Shown here: piece after piece, positions 9,884 through 17,742 of the stretch | Layout: the number at the start of each line of letters is the position of its first letter | Position numbering within the stretch: the first letter of the stretch is position 1 | NCBI GenBank assembly: GCA_016937855.1 | Contig: JAFGVU010000123.1 | Span: 4,332-68,331, forward strand | DNA length: 64,000 bases | Origin: Bacteroidales bacterium | GTDB taxonomy: Bacteria; Bacteroidota; Bacteroidia; Bacteroidales; ML635J-15 | Direction: 5' to 3' | Made by a program: the position numbers and the translations under genes | The notes under the pieces: generated by a model | Told to the model about the DNA's origin: nothing | The model's input: the letters and a program-made list of their open reading frames with translations, nothing else | Database searches by the model: none

Positions 9884-9891
9884 TAATTTTG
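9884..9891 (+). promoter_or_regulatory. Bacteroidota-type -7 promoter box (TAATTTTG)
   Basis: TAnnTTTG match 15 nt upstream of the ATG at 9907. It lies inside the ORF-track extension that starts at a TTG at 9838. Confidence 0.5.
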
Positions 9892-9906
9892 CAAAAAAAA
9901 GATTTT

Positions 9907-11946
9907 ATGAGTTTTGTAAATCCTATGTTTTTTTGGGCGTTGTTTGCTATTGCTGTTCCAATTATCATTCATTTGATAAACTTTAGGAGGCATAAAACTT
10001 TGTATTTTAGTAATACTAGTTTTTTGCAAGACATCAAGAAAGAAACTCAAACTCGCACTAAACTTAAACAAATTCTTATCCTTTTGGCAAGAATATTTTC
10101 AATTGCTATGCTTGTTGTAGCCTTTGCCGGACCTTTTTTGCCTAAAAATAATAGTGATTCACAGAAAAAATCGGAGATACATATAATTTATATCGACAAC
10201 TCTTTTAGCATGGAAGCCGAAGGGAAAAAAGGCGTGGTGTTCGAACAAGCACGCCAAATTGCAAAACAAATTGTGTTTAATTCTGATGCCGGAAAAGAGT
10301 TTGTCCTAATAACCAACGACATGTCTCCTCAACATCAATTTGTTTTGGGTCGAGATAAAATCATTCAGGAAATTGATAAAGTTGAAATATCCCCATCGAG
10401 TAAGTCTTTAAATGATATTATATTAAAAGCAAATACAATTTTACCCGAAGACAAAAAGGCTAGTTTGTATATTATCTCCGACATGCAGCAAAGCTTTTTT
10501 ACTAATTCAACAATAAAACCCAATGATAATATTAGCACAGTTTTTATTCCATTGGAATCGAGTATTACAAATAATATGTTTATAGACTCTTGTTGGTTTG
10601 CCTCTCCGGTGCATCGAATTGGACAGGACGAAGAACTTATTGTTAAAATTGTTAATTTTTCCGAAGAGGATTTTGCTGATATACCCGTGCAACTTTATAT
10701 AAATGATTCCTTAAAAGCTTTAAGTAGTTTGAATATTGAGGCCGGACAAACTCAGGAATTAAGTATGAAATACGTTAATACTTCATCAGGTGATTTTAAT
10801 GCAAGGTTAGAGATATCTGACTATCCTGTAACTTATGATAATCTTTTATACTTTAATTATCGTGCAGATAGTCAGACAAAAGTGCTTTTAATTCAGGCAT
10901 CGGCTCAGGACAGGTATCTGCGTTCGGTATTTTTAAGCGATCCTCAGAATTTTATTCTGGATGAGAAAAATCTTGGTTATGAACAGTCATCTCAATTTGG
11001 TAATTATGATATAATTTTCCTTAATGGGATTACTGATATTTCTAGCGGGCTTGCTACCGAATTGCAAAGCTTTGTCTCGGGCGGAGGAGCTGTTGCAATA
11101 ATTCCATCTAAAGAATTAGATATAGTGTCGTTGAATGATTTTTTGAACAAAGTCAATGCCGGACAATTTGATAATGCCAAATTTGTTTCACAAAAAATTA
11201 AATATATCGATTATAATCATGCTGTTTTAAAAGAAGTGTTTGCAGAAAATTCTAATAATACCGATTTTCCGGCAGTAGGATATGGTCATAAATTTAGGAT
11301 GTTTAATTCTTCGGCTTTTGCAGCACTAATTTCATTGGAAAACAATAGCCCTTTATTAATAAGTGGAAATTATCAAAAGGGAAAAGTTTTTGTTTTTACA
11401 GCACCTATTGATGAAACAAATAGTGAGTTGCTAAAGAGTCCTGTTTTTGCACCTGTTTTCTATAATATTGCCTTAAGTAGTCAAATAGCAAGTTCTTTAT
11501 ATGCTATTTTTGGTGATGTAGCTTCTGTTGATGTTAGTTATCCTTACGAAATTGCAGCATCAGATATTTTTAGAATTAGTGATGATAAGAGCATTGACGC
11601 TATTGCTCAGTTTAATGCTGCCGGGAAAAATCTAAAGGTTTTTATTCCACAATCTATACAAACTGCAGGTAATTATAAGTTGTACAGAGCCGATAATTTC
11701 GTTTCAACTGTTTCGGTAAACTACAACAGAAACGAATCTTTACTGGAGTATATGGATGCAAATAGTTTGGAGAAACTAATCGAAAATAATTTTGATGGCA
11801 ATGCAAGCGTTATTGATGCCACAAATGAAGATATTAGTGTTGAATTGCAAGAATTCTCCGAAGGAAAACCTCTTTGGCAGTGGTTTATTTTATTCGCATT
11901 GTTTTTTGTGATTTGCGAGGTCGTATTTGTAAGGCTTCTAAAGTAG
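9907..11946 (+). CDS. BatA-N-terminal-domain membrane protein (aerotolerance-related N-terminal double-TM family)
   Basis: MSFVNPMFFWALFAIAVPIIIHLINFRRHK is the characteristic N-terminal motif. A second TM follows, and a C-terminal TM anchor (WQWFILFALFFVICEVVFV). Start moved to the ATG at 9907 because of the -7 box. Confidence 0.75.
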   Translation: MSFVNPMFFWALFAIAVPIIIHLINFRRHKTLYFSNTSFLQDIKKETQTRTKLKQILILLARIFSIAMLVVAFAGPFLPKNNSDSQKKSEIHIIYIDNSFSMEAEGKKGVVFEQARQIAKQIVFNSDAGKEFVLITNDMSPQHQFVLGRDKIIQEIDKVEISPSSKSLNDIILKANTILPEDKKASLYIISDMQQSFFTNSTIKPNDNISTVFIPLESSITNNMFIDSCWFASPVHRIGQDEELIVKIVNFSEEDFADIPVQLYINDSLKALSSLNIEAGQTQELSMKYVNTSSGDFNARLEISDYPVTYDNLLYFNYRADSQTKVLLIQASAQDRYLRSVFLSDPQNFILDEKNLGYEQSSQFGNYDIIFLNGITDISSGLATELQSFVSGGGAVAIIPSKELDIVSLNDFLNKVNAGQFDNAKFVSQKIKYIDYNHAVLKEVFAENSNNTDFPAVGYGHKFRMFNSSAFAALISLENNSPLLISGNYQKGKVFVFTAPIDETNSELLKSPVFAPVFYNIALSSQIASSLYAIFGDVASVDVSYPYEIAASDIFRISDDKSIDAIAQFNAAGKNLKVFIPQSIQTAGNYKLYRADNFVSTVSVNYNRNESLLEYMDANSLEKLIENNFDGNASVIDATNEDISVELQEFSEGKPLWQWFILFALFFVICEVVFVRLLK

Positions 11947-12081
11947 AGAAGGGATAATAGATGGTTTTTAGTGAAGCTCAAATAAAATAATCAGATTAAG
12001 AGAATAAGTGTGTTTAATAGCAAGATTTTTTTATTTAAAAATTATAGGTTTTTGTCGTGTTTATTATGAATGTTGTAATGA

Positions 12082-12089
12082 TATATTTG
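12082..12089 (+). promoter_or_regulatory. Candidate -7 promoter box (TATATTTG) for rplS
   Basis: TAnnTTTG match about 118 nt upstream of the rplS ATG. This would imply a long A-rich leader. Confidence 0.35.
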
Positions 12090-12206
12090 CATTTTGAAAA
12101 CTTATTGAAAAAAAAATAAAATAATCTTGTGAAAAAAGATTTTAATTAAAAAAAAATAACTAATATTGCAGTCCGAAATTTTTAGGATTATTTAAAGTTT
12201 TTTGTG

Positions 12207-12554
12207 ATGGAAATAATGAAAGTTGTAAATCAGAGTTTAGCAGTAGAAAAGAGTTTTCCCAAGTTTAAAGCAGGAGATACTGTTACTGTTAGTTATATGA
12301 TAAAAGAAGGAAGTAAGGAAAGAATCCAGCAGTTTAGAGGCGTTGTGCTACAAGTTAAAGGAACAGGACACACTGCGACTTTTACAGTGCGTAAAATGTC
12401 AGGAGCTTTTGGTGTTGAAAGAATTTTCCCATTTGCATCTCCATTTTTGGAAGCAATTGAGGTAAATAAAGTTGGTAAGGTGCGCCGTGCTAGAATATTC
12501 TATCTTCGTGGTCTTACAGGTAAAAAAGCTAGAATTAAAGAAAAAAGATTTTAA
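12207..12554 (+). CDS. rplS: 50S ribosomal protein L19
   Basis: FKAGDTVTVSYMIKEGSKERIQQFRGVVLQ...VERIFPFASP...VRRARIFYLR are typical L19 blocks. The ATG at 12207 is preferred over the GTG at 12204. Confidence 0.95.
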   Translation: MEIMKVVNQSLAVEKSFPKFKAGDTVTVSYMIKEGSKERIQQFRGVVLQVKGTGHTATFTVRKMSGAFGVERIFPFASPFLEAIEVNKVGKVRRARIFYLRGLTGKKARIKEKRF

Positions 12555-12577
12555 GTCTATTAAAATACTTGACCGAA

Positions 12578-12605
12578 GCTCTGTTCTTTTACAGGGCTTT
12601 TTTTG
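12578..12605 (+). terminator. Rho-independent terminator of rplS
   Basis: GCTCTGT / ACAGGGC stem (one G-U pair), 6-nt loop, T7 run. Confidence 0.7.
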
Positions 12606-12807
12606 TTTGTAAAAATTTTTTCTAAAAAATTGTTTAATTATTCTAGTTATATTTCGAGAAATAAGCTTATTGCACAATGCCATGTTTTGATTAAAAAGGA
12701 AATCCATATGATAATTTCAAACCAGCTAAATAATTACTTTTCTTTTTATTGACGTTTACATTGCCCGATTTATTTTGTTTTACGATAGATGTTTTTGTTG
12801 GCAATTT

Positions 12808-12978
12808 AACCCGCATTATGCATTAGAAAATCTATTACGACAGTAAATCCCTTTGAAATCAACTGTTTTACTGTGCTTCCCTCAATAACCGTACTGGTAA
12901 GTACGCTTATCTCACGAAACACTTGATTTCTGTGGGATTTACTGCCTCATCACGAAATCCTAACACATAATGCGGGTT
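12808..12978. ncRNA. Candidate structured RNA: 171-nt imperfect rod-like hairpin (identity unknown; 6S-like layout possible)
   Basis: Helices counted by hand: 12808-12820/12966-12978 (13 bp perfect), 12823-26/12960-63, internal loop 12827-40 versus 12945-59, 12841-51/12934-44 (11 bp perfect), 12855-62/12923-30, 12864-69/12916-21 (one G-U on + only), 12873-75/12913-15, 12885-88/12907-10, 12890-94/12901-05, hexaloop 12895-12900. Lies in a 476-nt ORF-free gap between convergent genes. Confidence 0.35.
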
Positions 12979-13030
12979 TAAAGTCTTGAAACCTTAGAAA
13001 AAAGTAAATAAGTTATTTTTTGTTAATTCT

Positions 13031-13543
13031 TTAGGCCTGTTTCACAAATATTAGTTTACTTGTGTCAAAACCTTTTTCCTTACAAAAATTTACTAGGTGT
13101 TCGAGTTCTTCGTTACTAAGTATGGGCGTACGAGAAAGTATCCATAGATAATTCATGGTTCCACTTGTAACAATTGCGTTTTGATAATCTTCGTCGAGAT
13201 AAATGATACGATATTTTGCATAAAAAAACAGAAAAAAGCTAACGCGCAATTCACCAAAACTCTCAGGAGTGTCATTAATAAATGCTTTTCCTTCAGCTGA
13301 ACTATATGTGCCATTGACTAATTTGCCTTCGTTTAATACTTTTATTTTTCCATTTTGCTTAGCAGTATATGTAGCGGTAACGTAATCTAATCCACGTTCA
13401 AAACTATGATCAAAACGTGCAATTTCATACCATTTTCCTAAATATTTCTCAGAATCGAATCCTTTAATCGACTCAATATTTTTTGTAGATGTTGCACAAC
13501 TCATAATGATTGGTATAAGTAATAAAAAGTATATCTGTTTCAT
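13031..13543 (-). CDS. blc: Bacterial lipocalin (outer-membrane lipoprotein Blc)
   Basis: Lipobox IIMSCAT, then the lipocalin signature GKWYEIARFDHSFERGL, and YLWILSRTP near the C-terminus. Confidence 0.85.
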   Translation of the reverse strand: MKQIYFLLLIPIIMSCATSTKNIESIKGFDSEKYLGKWYEIARFDHSFERGLDYVTATYTAKQNGKIKVLNEGKLVNGTYSSAEGKAFINDTPESFGELRVSFFLFFYAKYRIIYLDEDYQNAIVTSGTMNYLWILSRTPILSNEELEHLVNFCKEKGFDTSKLIFVKQA

Positions 13544-13665
13544 TTGTTTTACGATTGTTGTCTAAGATGACATTTTTCCTATTAAACGCATAAATGTTAG
13601 AAAAGTTATTAATCCTTAAAGTTGTAAAAATTTGACATAAATTGATGTTCTGTTGATTTTTTTCT

Positions 13666-13673
13666 TATTTTTG
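13666..13673 (+). promoter_or_regulatory. Bacteroidota-type -7 promoter box (TATTTTTG)
   Basis: TAnnTTTG match 17 nt upstream of the ATG at 13691. Confidence 0.5.
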
Positions 13674-13690
13674 AGTAATAGTTGTTTTTT

Positions 13691-16591
13691 ATGGATAATC
13701 TACTTAGAAAAGCTCGAAAGAAGTTTTTACTGAATATTGTACTACCTTCAATTTTAGCTGTGTTGCTATTTGTTGTGACTCTGTTTTTTATTGTTGTACC
13801 TCATTTTGAGAACTCAATGTTGGATAGAAAACGTGAGATGATTGCAGAGCTTACAAATACAGCAACAAGTATCTTAGAAAAATATCATAAAGACGAACTT
13901 GCAGGATTAATAAGTAGGGAGGAAGCTCAACAGACTGCAATTGCAAGAATTGAGTACTTAAGATACGGAGAAGAGAATAAAGACTATTTTTGGATAACTG
14001 ATATGCAGCCAAAAATGATTGTTCATCCATATCGACCTGATTTAAATGGTAAAGATTTAGCCGACTTTGAAGATTCTCATGGGAAAAAGCTTTTTGTTGA
14101 GTGTGTTAAGGTTGTGCATAATCATCAGCATGGTTATGTTGAGTATATGTGGCAATGGAAGGACGACTCGGAACATATTGTGCCTAAATTGTCATACGTC
14201 AGAGGATTTGAACCATGGGGGTGGATTATTGGTACAGGAATTTACATCGAAGATGTTAAAGACGAAATCGCAGGATTAACAAACAGATTTATAATAATAA
14301 GTATAATAATTTCATCTCTTATTGCTCTTATCCTTTTTTACGTAGGAAGGCAATCATTTAATATTGAAAGAAAGAGAATTGTTGCAGAATTAGAATTGAG
14401 CAAATCTCGCGAAAAATATCGTTCGCTTGTCGATGCCTCTACCGAAGGATTGATTATGATGGTCGATAATCAGATTTCTTATGTTAATCCTGTTTTTGAA
14501 AAATTGTCGGGATATAACTCTGCTCAGATAATTGCTAAACCTATTGTTGAGTTTTTTGATATCCCAAAAGATTTAATGATTAAAATTGAAGAATCAAAAA
14601 GTTCGATAAAAAACTTTAAACTAGAAACAAAAACTTTTGCTTTGGAAGGGAGTGTTGACATTGTTCTAAATATTAATTATGTCGATTATTATGGAAAAGA
14701 TGCTTTGATTTTCTCGGTTAAAGATGCAAGTTCAGAAAAAGATGTCAGAGAGGAATTGCTCTATAGTCGCGAAAAGTTTCAAGGGTTGATGGATAAACTT
14801 AATCAAGGAATTTTTAGAACATCGCTAGATAAAAAAGGAAAGTTTCTTGAAGCAAATCAAACAGCTCTTGGTATTTTTGGATTTGAAAAGTTTGATGATA
14901 TTAAGGATTTGTATATTCTGGATTTTTTTGTTGAACGACAGGATAAAAAAACATTTAGACAGAATTTGTTAAGACAAGGATTTGTTAAAAATCAACTTGT
15001 TAAGCTTGCAAATATTAAAGGGGAACATATATTTGCTGCAGTTTCGCTTATTGTTGTCTATGATGGGGATAAACCAAAGTTTTGTGATGGCATAATTCAG
15101 GATATTTCTGCTCAAGCAACTCAAAAAAATGATATATCTGACATAAATAAAGAATATAGTAGTTTTGCTCAGCATTTGTTTACCCAATTGTCAGGATTGG
15201 CACATAACGTACTTCAGGTAACATATAATTCAAGTCTTGATGAACTTATTGATGAAATGAATAAGGCAAACAAAGATTTTGCAATAATCGTATCAGATCA
15301 AGGAGATGCTTTAGGCTATGTTACTGATAAAGCTTTAAGACAAAGGGCATTTGGTGCCAAATCAAATTCGATCAAAGCTTTTTCTGTGATGAATTCGCCG
15401 GTTTACTACATAGATGAGGATAAAACGATTTTTGATGCACTTAATTTATTTTCTATAAATAGCGACATTAAGCAGTTGGTTTTAAAAACTGCAGATGGAA
15501 ATGTGTCGGGATATATTTCAGAAAAAGACCTAATGCTTATGTCGGATTTTCTGCCGATTAAGCTTGTTAAAAGCATCTCTCAAGCACATAGTATAGATGA
15601 ATTCAAAATTTTGCACAACAAGTTTGTGTCTTCTTTAATTCCGCTTATCGATGTTGGAACCGAATCTGAGCTTATTTTTTATAATCTCTCTTTTATTTCC
15701 GATTTAATTTGTAAAAGACTTATTGAAAAAGCTATTGATAAATTTGGACCTGCACCAGCCGATTTTTGCTTTATTACTCTGGGTAGTGAGGGGCGACGTG
15801 AACAAACTTTAAATACTGATCAAGATAATGCATTGATATACTCAGATGTTAAGGAGGATGAAAAGGATGCGGCAAAAACATATTTTGATAAAATGTCGCA
15901 ATATGTTTGTGATGCTCTCGATGAAATTGGATATGAGTTTTGCCGTGGTGGCATAATGGCAAAGAATCCTCATTATTGCCAACCAATATCAGTATGGAAA
16001 ACATATTTTGACAAGTGGATAAATACCGGTACGGGAAAAGACTTGCTGGATATTAGTGTTTTCTTTGATTTAAGAGCGGTGTATGGTGCAAAAACTTTTG
16101 TCAATCAATTGCAGGAACATATAAATACTTTAACGAAAAATAATCCGGCATATCTCGTTCTCCTAGCGCAAAGTAATCTGAGACTTAAACCACAGGTTGG
16201 ATTTTGGGGGAATATTTTATTAGAAACAGCAGGATCACCCCCCGAAACTGTAAATATTAAAGAGGCAATTATGCCAATAACAAATTTTGCACGAATATAT
16301 GCACTAAAGAATAGTATCGCTGATGTGTCAACAATCAAGCGCTTACAGGTTTTGAGAGATAATTCTGTACTTAGCGACTCATCATACGATAATATTGTGC
16401 AGGCATATCGTTATTTACAATTGATGAGAATAAAACAACAGTCGGTTTTGCTTAAAAAAGGAATAAAACCCGATAATCTTATTAATACAAAATATCTGAG
16501 TGATTTGGACAAGACAATTATCAAAAAAGTATTAGCACATATTAATACTATGCTCACAAAGTTGAGTTTCGACTTTAAAGGAACATTGTAA
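13691..16591 (+). CDS. Membrane sensor: Cache - TM - PAS - PAS - CBS pair - DUF294 putative nucleotidyltransferase
   Basis: TM1 (LLNIVLPSILAVLLFVVTLFFIVV). Cache-like block (YFWITDMQPKMIVHPYRPDLNGKDL...GWIIGTGIY). TM2. Two PAS-like blocks (YRSLVDASTEGLIMM..., FQGLMDKLNQGIFRT...). CBS-like segments. DUF294 NTase motif FITLGSEGRREQTLNTDQDNALIY and a DUF294_C-like tail. Confidence 0.8.
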   Translation: MDNLLRKARKKFLLNIVLPSILAVLLFVVTLFFIVVPHFENSMLDRKREMIAELTNTATSILEKYHKDELAGLISREEAQQTAIARIEYLRYGEENKDYFWITDMQPKMIVHPYRPDLNGKDLADFEDSHGKKLFVECVKVVHNHQHGYVEYMWQWKDDSEHIVPKLSYVRGFEPWGWIIGTGIYIEDVKDEIAGLTNRFIIISIIISSLIALILFYVGRQSFNIERKRIVAELELSKSREKYRSLVDASTEGLIMMVDNQISYVNPVFEKLSGYNSAQIIAKPIVEFFDIPKDLMIKIEESKSSIKNFKLETKTFALEGSVDIVLNINYVDYYGKDALIFSVKDASSEKDVREELLYSREKFQGLMDKLNQGIFRTSLDKKGKFLEANQTALGIFGFEKFDDIKDLYILDFFVERQDKKTFRQNLLRQGFVKNQLVKLANIKGEHIFAAVSLIVVYDGDKPKFCDGIIQDISAQATQKNDISDINKEYSSFAQHLFTQLSGLAHNVLQVTYNSSLDELIDEMNKANKDFAIIVSDQGDALGYVTDKALRQRAFGAKSNSIKAFSVMNSPVYYIDEDKTIFDALNLFSINSDIKQLVLKTADGNVSGYISEKDLMLMSDFLPIKLVKSISQAHSIDEFKILHNKFVSSLIPLIDVGTESELIFYNLSFISDLICKRLIEKAIDKFGPAPADFCFITLGSEGRREQTLNTDQDNALIYSDVKEDEKDAAKTYFDKMSQYVCDALDEIGYEFCRGGIMAKNPHYCQPISVWKTYFDKWINTGTGKDLLDISVFFDLRAVYGAKTFVNQLQEHINTLTKNNPAYLVLLAQSNLRLKPQVGFWGNILLETAGSPPETVNIKEAIMPITNFARIYALKNSIADVSTIKRLQVLRDNSVLSDSSYDNIVQAYRYLQLMRIKQQSVLLKKGIKPDNLINTKYLSDLDKTIIKKVLAHINTMLTKLSFDFKGTL

Positions 16592-16602
16592 TTGAATTTT
16601 AA

Positions 16603-17292
16603 TTAGCCCACTTCCGAGATTTTTTCCAAAAGCTTTTTATCTAAAATTGTAATCATCTTACCTTCTACATTTATAATTCCCTCTCTTTTAAACTCACCAA
16701 GTAACCTAACAGCATTTTCCTCTGATATGGCCGAAAGCTCGCCTAATTCTTTGCGTGAAAGAAGCATCTTAAATGTATCGTTTTTATAAAGTTTCGACAA
16801 ATAGAGCAAGCTGTCTGCAATTCGTCCTCTAATGTTTTTTTGGTTTAATGTAATTATCTTGCTTAGAATTGAAGATACTGATTTGCCAAAAGCCTTGTTT
16901 AGTTTCAATAAAAATCCATGATTTTCAATATAAAGCTTTTTTATACAATCTAAGTCAATCATGCAGATATGCGAATCCTCTAATGCTTTAACTGAGTAAG
17001 AATAATATGGTGTTTCAAAAAACGATAAAAGTCCGATATAACTATGAGGGGTCATAATATATAGGGCTATATTCCGGTTGTTTAGACCTTCGATAAACAG
17101 TTTTGCAGAGCCTTCTACCAGATAAATTGCATGAGTAACACTGCTGCCTTGCTTACAGATATACTCGTGCCTGTCATAATATACATGTAAAGGGTTTATG
17201 ATGGAGAAATCTTCTCCCCTTTCTGATAAAGCCTGATAAATATCGCATTTTAACTGGCAATCGGCACAGCTTATGTTCTTTTTAAATTTCAT
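16603..17292 (-). CDS. Crp/Fnr-family transcriptional regulator with N-terminal Cys cluster
   Basis: cNMP-binding-like beta-roll followed by a C-terminal HTH (RKELGELSAISEENAVRLLGEFKREGII). N-terminus carries CADCQLKC (C-x2-C-x3-C). Confidence 0.85.
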   Translation of the reverse strand: MKFKKNISCADCQLKCDIYQALSERGEDFSIINPLHVYYDRHEYICKQGSSVTHAIYLVEGSAKLFIEGLNNRNIALYIMTPHSYIGLLSFFETPYYSYSVKALEDSHICMIDLDCIKKLYIENHGFLLKLNKAFGKSVSSILSKIITLNQKNIRGRIADSLLYLSKLYKNDTFKMLLSRKELGELSAISEENAVRLLGEFKREGIINVEGKMITILDKKLLEKISEVG

Positions 17293-17312
17293 GTGAGATA
17301 ATTTTGCCGTAA

Positions 17313-17320
17313 CAAAGATA
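17313..17320 (-). promoter_or_regulatory. Bacteroidota-type -7 promoter box (TATCTTTG on minus strand)
   Basis: Exact TAnnTTTG match 20 nt upstream of the ATG at 17292. Confidence 0.55.
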
Positions 17321-17457
17321 TAAAAAGTTGCTCAAAAACAATGTTACATTACAACTTTTTAATTAATTGATTAAAAGCATAAAATTTTAATTTTGGCGTA
17401 CGTTGTTTTTTATGCGTTGAGAGTATTATTTTTATTGTTAATTTAAATTTTCAGACA

Positions 17458-17742
17458 ATGTTACATGGACCTTCTGCTGAATTAAAAGAGGATAAGGCAG
17501 CTGACCGAAAGGCAAAGCTTGGGCTTAAATTCTTTTTTGTGTATCTATTTATCTATGCGTTTTTTGTATTTCTCTGTGTTTATAAACCTGAGCTCATAGG
17601 AGAAAGAGTGTTTCTTGGATTGAACTTAGCTGTTGTATATGGCTTCTTTTTAATTATTCTAGCTATAATTATGGGATTTTTCTATAATTTATTTTGTACA
17701 AGATTAGAAAATAAACTTAACGAAGGAGGAGGCGAGGTATGA
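17458..17742 (+). CDS. Small two-TM membrane protein, YjcH/DUF485-like symporter partner
   Basis: 94 aa with two hydrophobic helices (LKFFFVYLFIYAFFVFLCVY; LNLAVVYGFFLIILAIIMGFFY). Stop overlaps the symporter start (ATGA). The arrangement matches yjcH-actP. Confidence 0.75.
   Translation: MLHGPSAELKEDKAADRKAKLGLKFFFVYLFIYAFFVFLCVYKPELIGERVFLGLNLAVVYGFFLIILAIIMGFFYNLFCTRLENKLNEGGGEV

Noticed and set aside
9838-9906. N-terminal extensions offered by the ORF track: 9838 TTG, 13682 TTG, 25982 TTG, 29119 TTG, 32248 TTG, 36200, 37470 and 56491
   Set aside because: The extensions begin at non-ATG codons or overlap upstream genes or -7 promoter boxes. The internal ATGs give proper signal peptides or family N-termini.
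11947-12206. Possible L19 autoregulatory leader upstream of rplS
   Set aside because: The region is A-rich and I found only weak 6-bp hairpins (for example AATCTT...AAGATT at about 12124-12141). I saw no convincing structure, so I make no claim beyond a possible long 5' UTR.
12399-12707. 102-aa minus-strand ORF spanning the rplS 3' end and terminator
   Set aside because: It overlaps rplS and its terminator hairpin. The translation is basic and low-complexity, with no promoter box upstream.
17293-17457. Search for an FNR (TTGAT-N4-ATCAA) or CRP (TGTGA-N6-TCACA) box between the Crp/Fnr gene and the symporter operon
   Set aside because: Only a half-site (TTGATTAAAAGCAT) and a short TTACA direct repeat were seen, with no acceptable palindrome.
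17458-17742. Initial reading of the small membrane protein as DUF4212 (VC2704-type symporter subunit)
   Set aside because: The downstream symporter aligns by eye with ActP-type blocks. The small protein's layout (charged N-terminus, two helices, C-terminal Y-x-x-x-x-x-R-L-E) fits YjcH/DUF485 better. The family call still needs an HMM search.
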